This document shows positions 51,766-64,000 of a stretch of DNA of 64,000 nt, one piece after another. Within the stretch, counting starts at the first letter, position 1. Each line of letters starts with the position of its first letter. A program made the position numbers and the translations under genes. Source of the stretch: Sphyrna mokarran (taxonomy: Eukaryota); NCBI GenBank assembly GCA_024679065.1, contig JAGIQG010000009.1:62248001-62312000 (forward strand), read 5' to 3'. Under the pieces are notes generated by a model. That model was not told where the DNA came from. It worked only from the letters and a program-made list of their open reading frames with translations, and made no database searches.

Positions 51766-52154
51766 CCCACATGCCTGAGCCATACTATGCTTGACCTTTA
51801 ATGCCACAAATTTTGAGTCACTCTATTATGAGCAAGCTTGAAAGCTGAGTAGTCTAGGAGGTTTCACACCACTTTTTTCAACACTATTTCCTTCTCAAGG
51901 CAATTAGGGAGGGCAGTAAGTGCTGCCCCTAGGCATTACCCACACTTTAGAAGAGTCTTCATTGTTGTCTGTAGATTGATCCTCACGCACACTTTTCAGA
52001 GTATTTGAATTTGAACCATCCAGAAACATGAAGAACATTTGTGCAGATGGCAATATAGTCACAAGGATTAATTTCTAGAATATCATCTCAGCAACTACAC
52101 AGGGTTAACAAAGCAGTAATTTGAGTGGGCTAATGATCCAGGTTCCTTCTTCAA

Positions 52155-52930
52155 ATTCATTCATGGGACATGGACATCACTGGCATTTATTGCCCATCCT
52201 TAATTATCTTTGTACTAAGTGTTTGCTAGAAAAAGTAGACTAGTCAGCCCTTCAAGCTTTCTCTGCCATTCAATATAATCATAGCTAATCTAATTGGAAC
52301 CTTAACTCCACATTCCCATCTACCCTGGCAACCTGTCCTCTTTTGCCTTTATTTCATTTAAACCACGTTTCTGGGGACCTGGAGTTACATGTAGGCCAAA
52401 CAGGTAAGAGAAGCAGATTTTCTTCCTTATAGGACATTAATTATGACAATTTATGACAGACTTATGACAATCATCATTATACGTTTAATTCCACATCTTT
52501 ATTGAACTCAAATTTCACGAAATCCTCAACCATTACCATTTAAAAGGACAAGAGCAATGAATACCTGGGTTTCCTCCAAGACATACACCATGATGAAATG
52601 TATCACCATTCTTTCAATGTCACTCGAGAAAACCACTGGAGTTCCCTCCCTAATAACACTGTGAGGGTACCTACAACTGAGGAACCTCAACACTTTAAGA
52701 AGGCAGCTTTTCACTACCTTCTCAAGGACAACTAGGAAGGGAAATGAATGCTAATCTAGCCAGTGATGCCCACATCTCATAAAAGGAAGAGAAAAGAAAA
52801 GGGAGAAAGGTTATTGAGAGTAAGTGGGAATGTGAAATTCAGGTTACAATCAGATCAGCCATGATTATATTGAACAATGGAGCAGGCTCAAAGGGCCAAG
52901 TGGATTACACCTACTCCTTATTCCCATACG
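52155..52930. mobile_element. Cluster of SINE and CR1 3' fragments in both orientations
   Basis: cattcatgggacatggacatc, gtaggccaaacaggtaag, ctaccttctcaaggacaactagg, cagatcagccatgat...ggagcaggctcaaagggcc. Confidence 0.65.
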
Positions 52931-53684
52931 CGTTACGTTCGTATTCAACCAGGATCAGGTATTGTCTGACTAGCAGAGGTATGGTGGCTGAACAGAACTG
53001 GATATGAGTTTGGACACAGGTTATTTTGGTTGATATCATGTTTACAGACTTCAGGAAGCCAGCCAGGAAAGTGTTAGAATAGTACAGAAATAATAAGGGT
53101 CTTGGGTGAAGGTTCAAGGAGCAGATGAGCTGAGGAAAGAATAGAATTGGAGTCAGATTCAAATAATAATGAACATAATTTCCAAGCTAACCATCATTAT
53201 AGAGAATAGAGACAATTCAGAATACTGATTTGGTCATTGTTTTTCCTGAGGCATGTGGGTGGAAATCTATCACTTCTTTGAAGAACTGTCAAATGAAGCC
53301 AGTTAGAAATCCATCCAATTTCTGTTTGTCCAATAAGAATACCATACTTCCTTGTAGAGATATAATTCACTCCCATTATCCAGAAAGATTAGTCCTAGAA
53401 TTCCACAGAGGTTCTACTGGTGCTTTGCCATAGAGGGAAGGGAAAGAAAGCCCATGGAATTTCATGGGTCATATATGCAGGTTGACAATTAATGTCACCT
53501 GAATCAACATCTGGCAGAGGTGCACTTCCTGCTAATGGGACCAGCCTACCTATTAAGATTTTTAAGCAATTTTCCACAACTGAGTAGGAAAAATCACAGC
53601 ACTTTCATGACAAGTCAATTTCACCAAGTCCATTCATCTACCAGACAAGTTGGTCAATTGTAAAAAGTATCCTGTAATATTGTA

Positions 53685-54520
53685 ACATAGAACATAGAAG
53701 AAAGGAGCAGGAGGTGGCCATTCAGCCCTTTGAGCCTCTGTCACTTCATCCAACTCAATAACCTCCTGCTTTCTCCCCATAACTTTTGATCCCCTTTACC
53801 CCAAATCCTATATCCAGCTGCCTCTTGAATACATTCAATGTTTTGGCATAAACTACTTCCTGTGGTAATGAATTCCACAGCCTCATCACTCTTTGGATAA
53901 AGATATGTCTCATCATCTCCATCTAAATAGTCTATTCTGTGTCCTCAGACTGTGACTCCTGGTTCTGGACATTCCCACCATCCAGAACATCCTTCATCTC
54001 TAATACTGTTAACATTTTCATAGAAATCATAGAAATCTTACAGTGCAGAGAGAGGCCATCTCAAGTCTACACTGAACACAATCCCACCTAGGCCCTACCC
54101 CCATATCCTATATTCCTCTAACATTTGCATCCCCAATTTTAGCACGGCCAATCAACTTAACCCCCACATCTTTGGACTGTGGGAGGAAACTGGAGCACCC
54201 GGAGGAAACCCATACAAACACAAGGAGAATGCGCAAACTCCACACAGACAGTGACTCAAGCCAGGAATCAAACCCAGGTCCCTAGAGCTGAGAAGTAGCA
54301 GTGCTAACCACTATGCTACCCTGCCGCCCATTTATAAGATTTTATAAGTCTCAATCAGATCCCTCCTCATTCTTCTGAATTCCAGCGAAATCAATCCTAA
54401 CCCAGTCAATCTCTCTCATATATCAGTCCCACCATCCGCAAAACCAGCCTGGTAAATCTTCGCTGCAGTCTCTCGAGAGCAAGAATATCCTTCCTCAGAA
54501 AAGGCCAAAACTGTACAACC
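53685..54520 (-). mobile_element. CR1 3' region containing a nested V-SINE (54017-54330, minus)
   Basis: aacatagaacatagaa terminus, tggtaatgaattccacag; CR1 resumes after the SINE head. Confidence 0.85.
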
Positions 54521-54984
54521 TGCCAATCATTGGTGTCAGATTATCAAATATGACACAGTGATTTGACTTGGTTCTTGAATTTGCACTGCCAGCTTTGTTA
54601 TCTTAGTCCCATATTGATGTATGGTGACCCCTCCCTCCTGTAAATCATCACCATCAGACAACTGACAATTGAGGGTTTAAGGCCTTGCTAATCAGGCAGT
54701 AGTAAATGGGAGTTCCTTACAAACAACATGGTGGTCAACACAACTTACCACCAACTTTCCACAATTCCATTTCACAACATATATACTCCTTATCGCACTA
54801 ATGGTTCCATCAATTGGAAATGCGAACCTTCTCAGGTCTTCGGCTCTCCACAACATCCTGAGCTACATAAAACTGAAATAGCTTTCGGGAGGATGTGAAT
54901 ATACATCTGATCAAGAGCTAAGAATATATTTTAAATAAGACCTATTGATTTACTCTAGTGCCAACATTACCAAAGCACACTTAC

Positions 54985-55295
54985 ATAGATTCACAGAATC
55001 CCTACAGTACAGGAGGACGCTATTTGGCACATTGAGTATGTACTGACCTACTCAAGCCCTATTCCCATAACCCACACATTTACCCACACATCCCTCTAAC
55101 ATTAGGGACAATTTAACATGGCCAGTCTGTCTAATCTGCACATCTTTAGACAGTGTGAGGAAACTAGAGCACCCAGAGGAAATTCAAGTAGACAGGGAGA
55201 GAATGTGCAAACTCTGCACAGACAATGACCCCAGGCCGCAATTGAACCTGAATCCCTTGGTTTGTGAGGCAGCAATGCTAACCATGTGTCACTCT
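54985..55295 (-). mobile_element. V-SINE, older copy
   Basis: gaatccctacagtacagg...gagaatgtgcaaactctgcacagaca...gtgaggcagcaatgctaacc. Confidence 0.88.
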
Positions 55296-56514
55296 GCAGT
55301 CCTAATATATTTCAACGTGACTGCTGAGGTATCCAAATGTTTTTCTGAAAGATTTCATCTATGCGCCAAGTAAAACTAAACATCTTTTACACTAATTCAC
55401 AAATTAATTACTTCACAATTTTCAAACATTTAATTTTAACTTTCCTGCCTCCCCCTTAATATGCACTTGGAGTGTATTTTACATTTAGCACAGATCAGCA
55501 GAACATTTATTTTGACCTTTAGACTCAATGCACTTTATCTACTTAACAATCAGCTTCAAGCATGGCAACTATGACAGCACTTTCCAAACCACTTCAAGGA
55601 TATACAAAACTTTTGGCCTATAATTGAGGGGCCAAATACTATTACTTTAACAAACACTTAAAAATTAAGAAAACTGCCACCATGTAGGAAATAAACTCAA
55701 TATCAGTGAACAGAAATAAAAGTACATATAGCCAATTAATAATGCATTCAAATTTGAAACTGGAGGTGGGGGAATACAACAAATGGAGCAAATGAAAAAA
55801 AATAATGGGGGTTGAAATATAATGACTTGTGCCTACCCCACCCCCGAGCCATTTCTCCTCTGTCTTGCACCTGGGGACATTCTATTCCCTTGGGACAAGA
55901 AAACAGGAAACTCTAACCAGCATTCTCAGCCATACTTTTCTATTTCAATATGCTTAGTAGCCGCAATGTTGTTATAACAATACTGGTGCAAAAAAGACAG
56001 CATATGTTCCTGAAAAATGTAAAACATTGGGATACAGCATCACCAAGTAATAACGTATCCCACTTCAATTTGCTTTTCCACAATTTGTTCTCATCCCTTT
56101 CATGTGCATGAGAATTGACTGAGCAAATTTTGTTCTTGCTTTGCAGAGGTAAAGCAAGTCAAGACCTGTAATATCCATCACTATGTGACCTCTATACTCT
56201 ACACCCGAACTCATTGACTTCTTGACCATATCTTTTTGATTCCAGCAATATACTTATAACCAACAATTTTTGTGCTGAGTCAGATATTAATTTAGGTCTT
56301 TTACAAAAACAATATTTATTTTATATCTGGGCATCTTCTCCTCACATCTATTATTTTATGAGGAAAATTTCTGTCTTCCTAAATTTAAAACTTGCTAAAA
56401 GCCTGATAATGTTGTTACAACCTCCAGTTTGGTAATCATTGTCCAAATGAAATAACCACATTGAATTTTATCCAATTCTTTCACCTTACTATAAACTTGA
56501 CCCTTGTCTGGTTT

Positions 56515-57040
56515 CCATAGAATCATAGAATGGTTGCAGCACAGGAGGAGGCCATTCACACTGTCATGATGATACCAGCTCTCTGTAAGAGATACTCACC
56601 TAGTCCAATTCCCCCTCCACTTCCCCATATCCTTACAGTTTAATGTTCTCACCAGATGCTTATCCAATTCCCTTTTGAAATCAATTTCCTGAATCCCACC
56701 CTCTGGAAATGCATTCCAAATCCTAACCATTCATTGTGTGAAAAGGTTTCTCTTCATGCCATCATTGTTTCTTTCACCAATCATCTTAAATCTGTGTTTC
56801 TAAAATGTAATTTTATTCATTTTGTGGGATGTGAAAATCACTGAATAGGCGAGCATTTATTGCCCATCCCTAATTGTCCCTCCATTCCATAGGACATGTG
56901 TCTCCTCATTTTAATCCTCTGCCAATGGGAATCATTCTGTTCCATCTAGTTTGACCACGCCCCTCATGATTTTGAATTTCCAACAAAAGACATGTTTGAT
57001 TCTGCAACTATTCCCTCACAATTCCCCTAGTTCCAGAACA
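56515..57040 (-). mobile_element. CR1 3' fragment
   Basis: catagaatcatagaatgg...ggaggccattc...ttatccaattcccttttgaaa. Confidence 0.7.
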
Positions 57041-57524
57041 ATACTCATCACATTGAAAGTAGGAGGTTTAAAACCTCAACAACAACAATTGCAAAGTTTG
57101 CCTCATCAACAGAACCTCACTGTGGGTAAACCTAACATAGTGCTTGACAGGACTAAAATTAAACAAAAAAATCAAATCAGCATAATCTCTGCTGCCAATA
57201 CTTGATTGGGCTGGTCTAAAAGAATTAGTGAACTGAAATCAGGCCACAGCCCATATGAAGTACGGAAAGAAAATACAACAGACTTGTATTCATAAAGCAC
57301 ATTATTATGACCCAGAAATATTTTGAAGTGAAAGGAGTGTAGCTATCACACTTGCAATAATTGTGTTAAATAATTCATTTTATCTTCAGCACATTGAGGC
57401 CAACAATCTGCTTTTGGTCAAGGAAGGTGTATGGACAGTGCACAAAGAAAATTGTGTGTGCAAATTTACTATGAATCACTTCAATACTGGTGTGAGGCTA
57501 GTAATATCCATCTATAACAGGCAG

Positions 57525-57950
57525 AATGAGAGGCTTTGCTTCCTTGAGCTGATTCTTGGAATGAAGAGGCTATCTTATAGGAAAGATTGGGCCCATACTC
57601 ATTCGAGTTTAAAAGAATGAAAGGCGGTCTCATTGAAATGTATAAGATTCTGAAGGAACTGGAAAAGATAGATGCTGAGAGAATGTTTTCTCTCATAAGG
57701 AAATCTAGAACCGGAGCTGTAGTTTCAGAAAAGGAGGATTCATGAGGGCCATGAATCCTCTATCTCAGGGAGATGCGGAGCTTGAGTACTGAAATGTATT
57801 AAAGACTGAGACAGACACAATATTGAACATTAGAGCAGTCAAGCGTGACAGAGAACAGGCAGAAAATTGGAACTAAAGTCAAGATCAGATAACCGTGGTC
57901 TTATTGAATGATGGGCAGAACAGGTTCAAGCACTATATGGATCCTTTTTA
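57525..57950 (+). mobile_element. CR1 3' fragment
   Basis: Remnant LILGMKRLSY; gagtttaaaagaatgaaaggcggtctcattgaaatgtataagattctg. Confidence 0.8.
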
Positions 57951-58619
57951 TGATGTTCTCAACAGCTAATTGATAGCGTAGCAAATCCAACAATGGATTC
58001 AGACCTCCCTCAACACCATCAACATAGATTAGACATTGAGCTCTATATTGTTATCTGAATCATAAGACTTCTTTAGAGGAAAGGGTTGAGGCAAGAGTAC
58101 TAATAACTGATCCAAAGTGACACAACAAAGATGACATTTTTGCCTTCCTGCCTGTTTGCATCTAAAAACTGAACAGCAGTGGTTGGGAAAGAGAGCAGCC
58201 AGACTACTATTAGTTGTCTGCCAAATAACATTTTTGGGCAGACCAAAATTCTCACTAGAAAGAGATGGCAAATATCTGCCAAATCAGTAGTCATTACAAC
58301 CAACATTATTTCCTCCTTTGCTTATGACTTTTACCATTCTGAATGCTCCCGTCCAAGCAATTAGCAGAATAAGTTGAGAAGCAATCATTTCTAACAATAA
58401 GAGAGTTTCAAATACTGTCAGATAAAACACAGGAAAACTCTGGGAAATAATTTTTTGTGGCTTTTCGCAAGCGGGGCCAGGCTTTTCTAGTTCTGCTGTT
58501 GTGGCGGGACCAGAAAATTCCTCCTAAAGTCAAAGAACAAGAAACATCATGGGTGAGAATGGAAAATCCTGGCCTTAGTATATTTCAAAGTGGAGGGCCA
58601 GTTAGTTCAGTGACAGAAA

Positions 58620-60380
58620 TATCAGAAATAAACAGTAATCTTGGGGCTAGTAAGAATGAAGGACTTAACGGTCATTAATATTAGTACAGAAAAATAATTG
58701 AGAACCTCAAGGGACTAAAATCTGACAATCCCCTGATGGACATGATGCCTGACATCCCCAGGTTCTAAGAAATTGGTACAGAGATAGTGGATAACACTTT
58801 CTGGCTGCATGAGCCCCAAGACTAGAAGTTTCTGTCTGAGGACATAGGACATTTAAATTGTCTGCCAAATTTTCTGTCCCACCTGCTATGATTCCCACTA
58901 TGAATGGGACAGGAAATTTCTGGCCCATGGATACGCTGGATACTATATTCCAAAATTGCCCAAATTCTGGACTACTCCCACTAGGTTAGAAGTAAATGTC
59001 ACGCTGCTATTCAAGGAAGGTGAGAGAGTGAAAACAGGGGACTACAGGCCAGTTAGCCTGATGTCAGTCATCAGGAAAGTTCTGAAATCTATTATTGAAG
59101 AAGTCATAACAATTCACTTAGAAAAGCAGAGCATGGTAATAACAAGTCAACATGATTTTAAGAAAAGGAAGTGTGTTTGACAAATATATTACAATTTTTT
59201 AAAGACATAACTAATAGGGTACATAAAGAGGAATCAATGGATATAGTCTATTTGGACTTCAAAAAGGTTTTCAAAATGATGCCATAGAAATGGTTAATAT
59301 ACAGGATAAGGACTCATTCAGTTTGGTGTCATTTATTGAAATAAAGATTTGGTTAACAAACAGCAAACAAAGAATAGGAATAAACAAGGCAATTTTAAAT
59401 CGATAGATGGAAATCAGTGGAGTGTCGCAGGGATCAATGCTAGGATCTCAGTGTTTTGCCATGTATATTGATGACTTAGAAGAGGGGAGCGAATAATGCA
59501 TTTAAGTTTTTGAACAATATGATGTTAAGTGAAATGTATGATGTGAGGAGAAAACTGCAAAGAGATATAGATAGGCTGAGTGAGTGGGCAACAAATGATA
59601 GATGCAGTGTAATGTACAGGATGTGAGATTATTCATTTTAGTAGTAACATTTTTTGAAACAAAAATTTGAATCTTTTTAAATCTTTGATTTTTTTTAAAA
59701 GTGGATGTTTTTTTTAAAATGCTGATGTTGAGAAAGATTGGGATGTACTCATATAAAAAAACTAAAAATGTAGCATGCAGATTCAGCAAGTGACTAGGAA
59801 GGCAAGTGACAAGTTGACCTTTCTTGAATTTTGTGGTGTACAAGAACAAAGCAGTCTAGCTACAATAGTATAGGGCTTCAGTGAGATTACATCTTCAGTA
59901 CTGTGCAGCTTTGGTCTCCATACTAAGGGAAGATATTCTTACCTTGTAGTAGTACTGCAAAGTTTAATTGGATTGGTTCCAGTGATGAGAGTGTTGTTCT
60001 ATGATGAGAAGCTGAATAAATTGGGACTATAACTCTTTGGAGTTTAGAAGAAGAGAAATGATCTCACTAAAGCACTACAAGATACTGCAGAGGCTTCACA
60101 GGGTAGACAACGTCTTTCCCCTAAACTGGAAAATCTAGAACACAAGAGTACAGTCTCAGGAGTAAGAGGCAACGTATTAGGACTAAAGTGAGGAGAAATT
60201 CTGCGCTGTGGATCTTTGAAACTCTCTGTCACAGACAGTTTAGATGCTCCACTGTTTATTCAAGCTAGAGGATTTTTGAGCTCACTGATAATCAAGAGAT
60301 ATGGGAAGGGAGGGCACATGGAAATGAAGCAGAAGGTCAGTCACAGACTTACTGAATGATGGAGCAGACTATAGGAGACA
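58620..60380 (+). mobile_element. CR1 LINE relic (RT domain to 3' UTR) with MITE insertion at ~58790-58925
   Basis: ORF remnant NVTLLFKEGERVKTGDYRPVSLMSVIRKVLKSII...SQHDF; later VYLDFKK and SGVSQGSMLG; multiple stops. Confidence 0.92.
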
Positions 60381-60384
60381 TCTC

Positions 60385-60735
60385 ATAGAATCATAGAATC
60401 CTTATAGTGCAGAACAGGCTATTCAGCCGACTGCGTCTGCATCAACTTTCCAACAGAGCATCTTGCCCTCTCCCTATCCTATCTCTGTAACCCCACACAT
60501 TTGCCATGACTAATCCCCTCAACCTAGACATCTTGGGACATTAATAGGCAACTTAGTGTGGTCAATCCACATAACTTGTACATCTTTGGACTGTGAGAGG
60601 AGATCAGAGCACCTGGAGGAAGCATTCACAGACACAGGAAAAACATGCAAGCTCCACACAGAGAGTCACCCAAGGCCAGATTTGAACCTGAGTCCCTGGT
60701 GTTGTGAGGCAGCTGTGCTAACCACTGTGCCACCT
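60385..60735 (-). mobile_element. V-SINE
   Basis: catagaatcatagaatcc...ctttggactgtgagagg...gtgaggcagctgtgctaaccactgtgccacc. Confidence 0.9.
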
Positions 60736-61568
60736 TGATCTGTTTCTGCTTTATTTCTTATGTTTATTGTCCCGCCTGCCACTGGAATCAGAACGGGCAA
60801 GGGGTAAACCAATGGAAGGTTTGTTGACCTCAGGAGGGATTTTACATTTTTGGAATGGACAAGGCCATACATTTCTGGCCATAATGTTGAATCAGAATTT
60901 TATGCAAGTCAAGCTGGCTAGAGAATGGCAAGATCCATCCAAGTAAGGCATTAAGTAAACCCATTTTTGCTTTCACAGCAGTGCAGCCACTTTCATGTCA
61001 ATATTATTGCTTTAGTCCACAAATGACCAGATTTTTAGCATTAAATCTTGTGACTTACGAGGATGGATTTGAACTTATAGTATACTGGCTACTCAGATAA
61101 AACAAAAATGACAGAAATATAATTAAGTACCACTATTAATACTATAACTAACAAAACAAAACTGCACTGCTTTGCAATAACAAATGAACAACAAAATGTA
61201 ATTTCAACAATAACATTTAATATCTATTATTATGTATATTTTATATTTGTTATGACTCTGTTAGGGTTAGATTGTTAACATGTTAAAGATAATCTCTACA
61301 CCTCATGATTGATAGAACAATGCCCAGAATTTCATGCTTTTTTACAACAACGAACTTTGCAGTATACTAAAATAATTATGCAAGGCAAGCCCTGTTAACT
61401 TTTAAGTTTTCTAAGTTTTAAGCAATAACTCAATTCTAATTTATACTTTCCCTAAGAATTATCTTACACAATATAAGAATCTGAAAGCTTTATTCATTTC
61501 TTTCAAGACCAATCCAAAGGTTTGCCACAGCCCTCCAGAATTCACTTTAATTTTCCTCATATTTTCAG

Positions 61569-61580
61569 CTATCCTCCGAG
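61569..61580 (+). other. Candidate 12-nt microexon of a plus-strand transcript
   Basis: ctttaattttcctcatattttcag|CTATCCTCCGAG|GTAAGA: branch-like ttaat, long pyrimidine tract, strong donor. Confidence 0.4.
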
Positions 61581-63284
61581 GTAAGATTCTGTGGGTGTCA
61601 TTCCATTATCTTTTTGACTACATAACCCTCCAGCTGTTCTTAACAGGTTTTACAATTGTGGCTGCCTCAACTTCTTGTTCTGGTTACTGGAAGGTAGCCA
61701 ACTACTTTCCAAGCTAACTCTGTCGACTGCTTTCTGCCACAAAGCTCTGTGAGGATCATTGTAGATTTCCTCCATTAGCTGCAAGCTACAGAAAATCTGC
61801 CAGCTGTTTTTCCTTCATTAAATCCTAATTGAGAGAACTCCACCAACAGTCCACACCATGGACAGATTCTCCATGCTCCTGCAATGAGACTTATTGTGGT
61901 GGAGGTGGCTCATCACTGGCCAATAGCCAGATCTTCTGATCCTATTGCGAATAACAGTGTTTTCTGTTCTATGCATCTCCCACTGCTCAGCCACCCATGG
62001 CTGGCATTCATCATTGATAAGATCAGAAGATCCCAATGGTGAGAACAACCAGAAAATTCCAGCCAAGGTATGAAGAAGTTAGTCTTTTCGCTGCTTGAAT
62101 TGCAGACATAAATGACTAACATTTATGTTATTTGGCTCTTCCAACTCAGTGACTGGAATCCACACTTAAACCAAAACTTCAACTGCATCTAAATGTTCTC
62201 AAACTGAACAGCTTGCTTCTGTCAGCAAACACACACAGATAACTTAAACAAGAGAACCTTCAAATTGAGTGTCCATTCTGAATCACGATCTTCATGGCAA
62301 CATGGCATGAAAGCATTGGGATGGTTCAAACAGAAATATAAACAAATAATTTTACCTTCAACACAACTCTTTGATTTTGTAATCCATATAAATATTTTTT
62401 TTATCCCTAATGGAGTTTTACAATCCTTTCTGATTTCTTCACAAAATTAGAGATGGATCGTTTATTGTTCAAATTTTTTACCAATGTAAAGATTTGATCT
62501 GCTTGAATGCTGGCTTGTGAGTAGGCTCCTTTCTGTTTGAATGTGCCAAACTCCATGGACTGCAACTCCATCCCCTTCCTCCACCACCCACCCCCTTGTG
62601 GGATTCCCCCACTTGATCACTTACCGATTACCCTGTTGATGAGTCCTGTCTCACTAACTCCAGTGAGGTTACCGCACTTAACAGCTTCTGTGGCCTTCAT
62701 CACTGTTCCTGCTCTGTGACCGACTGCATCCCAGCAGCCTGCAAGGATGTTGCGTTGAAGCCATGACATCAGGTCAAATGGGTACAAAGTCCAATCATGG
62801 CTTCCAGGACTAGCTCATACTGACTTTCCAGCCAGTGGACAGAGTTGCCACATCCATGTTAAATCCCAGCCTTTAGATTAATCATAAGAGTATTGATTCA
62901 AACTATTACTGCATCACTGGTACATCATTGCTACCCACAAAGGTTTTGAAGATTCACACTCACACAGGAAACTCAACCTGAAGTGCTAAATATCAATTAA
63001 TGCATTTTGACTTACTGAGTGTAAACAGAAGAAACCCAGAGACAATCTCATGAAGAATAGGTTGTTTGCCAGATCATTTTATACCACTCTATATCCAAAT
63101 GCCTTTTAGTGGTGCCAAACCATTGTATCTTCTTTTCAAGTTATGTCAACCATAAACGTAATTAAAGCCAATAAATTAATGTAGATTGTGCTAATTAGAA
63201 AAACACTTTTAAAACACTTGAAAAGATGAAAATCTCTTTAGCAATTCAAAAAACAAAGCAAAATCATGCCTAACCCCAGAATGT

Positions 63285-63570
63285 GCAACATGGGAACATA
63301 GGAGTGGGAGTAGGCCAGTCATCCCATTGAGCTTGCTCCACCATTCAGTATGATTATCTACTCCAAAGCCTTTTTCCCTCATTCTCCTCATATCCCTTTA
63401 CATGATTGACAGATTTCTAAATGCTAATCTCAATACTAAATATTCTCAATGACTGAGCTTCTATAGTCTTTTGGGGTGGAGAGTACAAGGACTCACAACC
63501 CTCTGAGTCTCCTCGTCTTTGTGCTAAGTGGCTTCCTCCTTATTTTGAAATTGTATGTCAGTTCTAGACT
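63285..63570 (-). mobile_element. CR1 3' end
   Basis: gaacataggagtgggagtaggcc...ctcaatgactgagcttc...ggcttcctccttattttgaaatt. Confidence 0.78.
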
Positions 63571-63684
63571 CCTGTATTCACAAACATCTGTTATCTCTCC
63601 TTACACTAATCTGAGGTCCCTATCAGCTTCAGGAAGATGGCCATCATTGTGGTACCAAAGAAAAGACAAGCAGCTTGGCTTAAT

Positions 63685-64000
63685 GTCTATTGTCCAATGG
63701 CTCTGCATCTGTCATTATGAAGTGCTTTGAAAGATTAGTCATGGCACAAATCAACTCCTGCCTCCCAGATTGCCTGGATCCATTATAGTTCATCTATCGC
63801 CACAACAGATCCACAACAGCTGCTCTCTCCATGGCCCTACACTCAATCTTGCAACATCTAGATAATAAAGGCACCAATGTCAGATTCCTATTTATCAGCC
63901 TTCAACACCATTATTCTTACAAAATGCATCTCCAAACTCCATGGCCTGGGGCTTTGTCCCTCCAAGGACTGGATCCTAGACTTGCTAACCCACAGACTAC
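63685..64000 (+). mobile_element. Rex1/Babar RT fragment, runs off the window
   Basis: Translates SVIMKCFERLVMAQINSCLPDCLDPL*FIYRHNRST...ALHSILQHLDNKGTNVRFLFI, then SAFNTII after a frameshift. Confidence 0.9.

Noticed and set aside
53348-53415. Gelsolin-like peptide IFLDNGSELYLY on the - strand
   Set aside because: Single short match with an ambiguous acceptor and no partner exons

Overview
Vertebrate genomic DNA, AT-rich and CpG-poor. The repeat content points to a shark (inference): V-SINE/HE1-like SINEs, Deu-domain SacSINE1-like SINEs, CR1, L2 and Rex1/Babar LINE relics, Penelope-like ends and TIR elements. Most of the window is decayed transposons and intronic or intergenic sequence. Nearly all ORFs in the supplied track are spurious or derive from repeats. 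The best genic signal is a 73-nt minus-strand exon (49554-49626) encoding a clean signal peptide, MSKFSWLKYLALAAALLGATVDAQ-G, beside a CpG-enriched promoter-like region; I cannot name the gene. Weaker, unverified candidates are a chain of frame-compatible small exons in its intron, a possible second minus-strand gene start (12001, 4406, 3880) near a near-perfect RFX X-box, and a well-formed 12-nt plus-strand microexon at 61569. There are also two minisatellites, a ~265-bp local duplication retaining AP-1 sites, and several nested insertions. I saw no prokaryotic system, CRISPR array, rRNA or bona fide tRNA gene, and nothing I can establish as a new biological system. Repeat boundaries are approximate (by eye) and family names come from motif recognition, not a database search.
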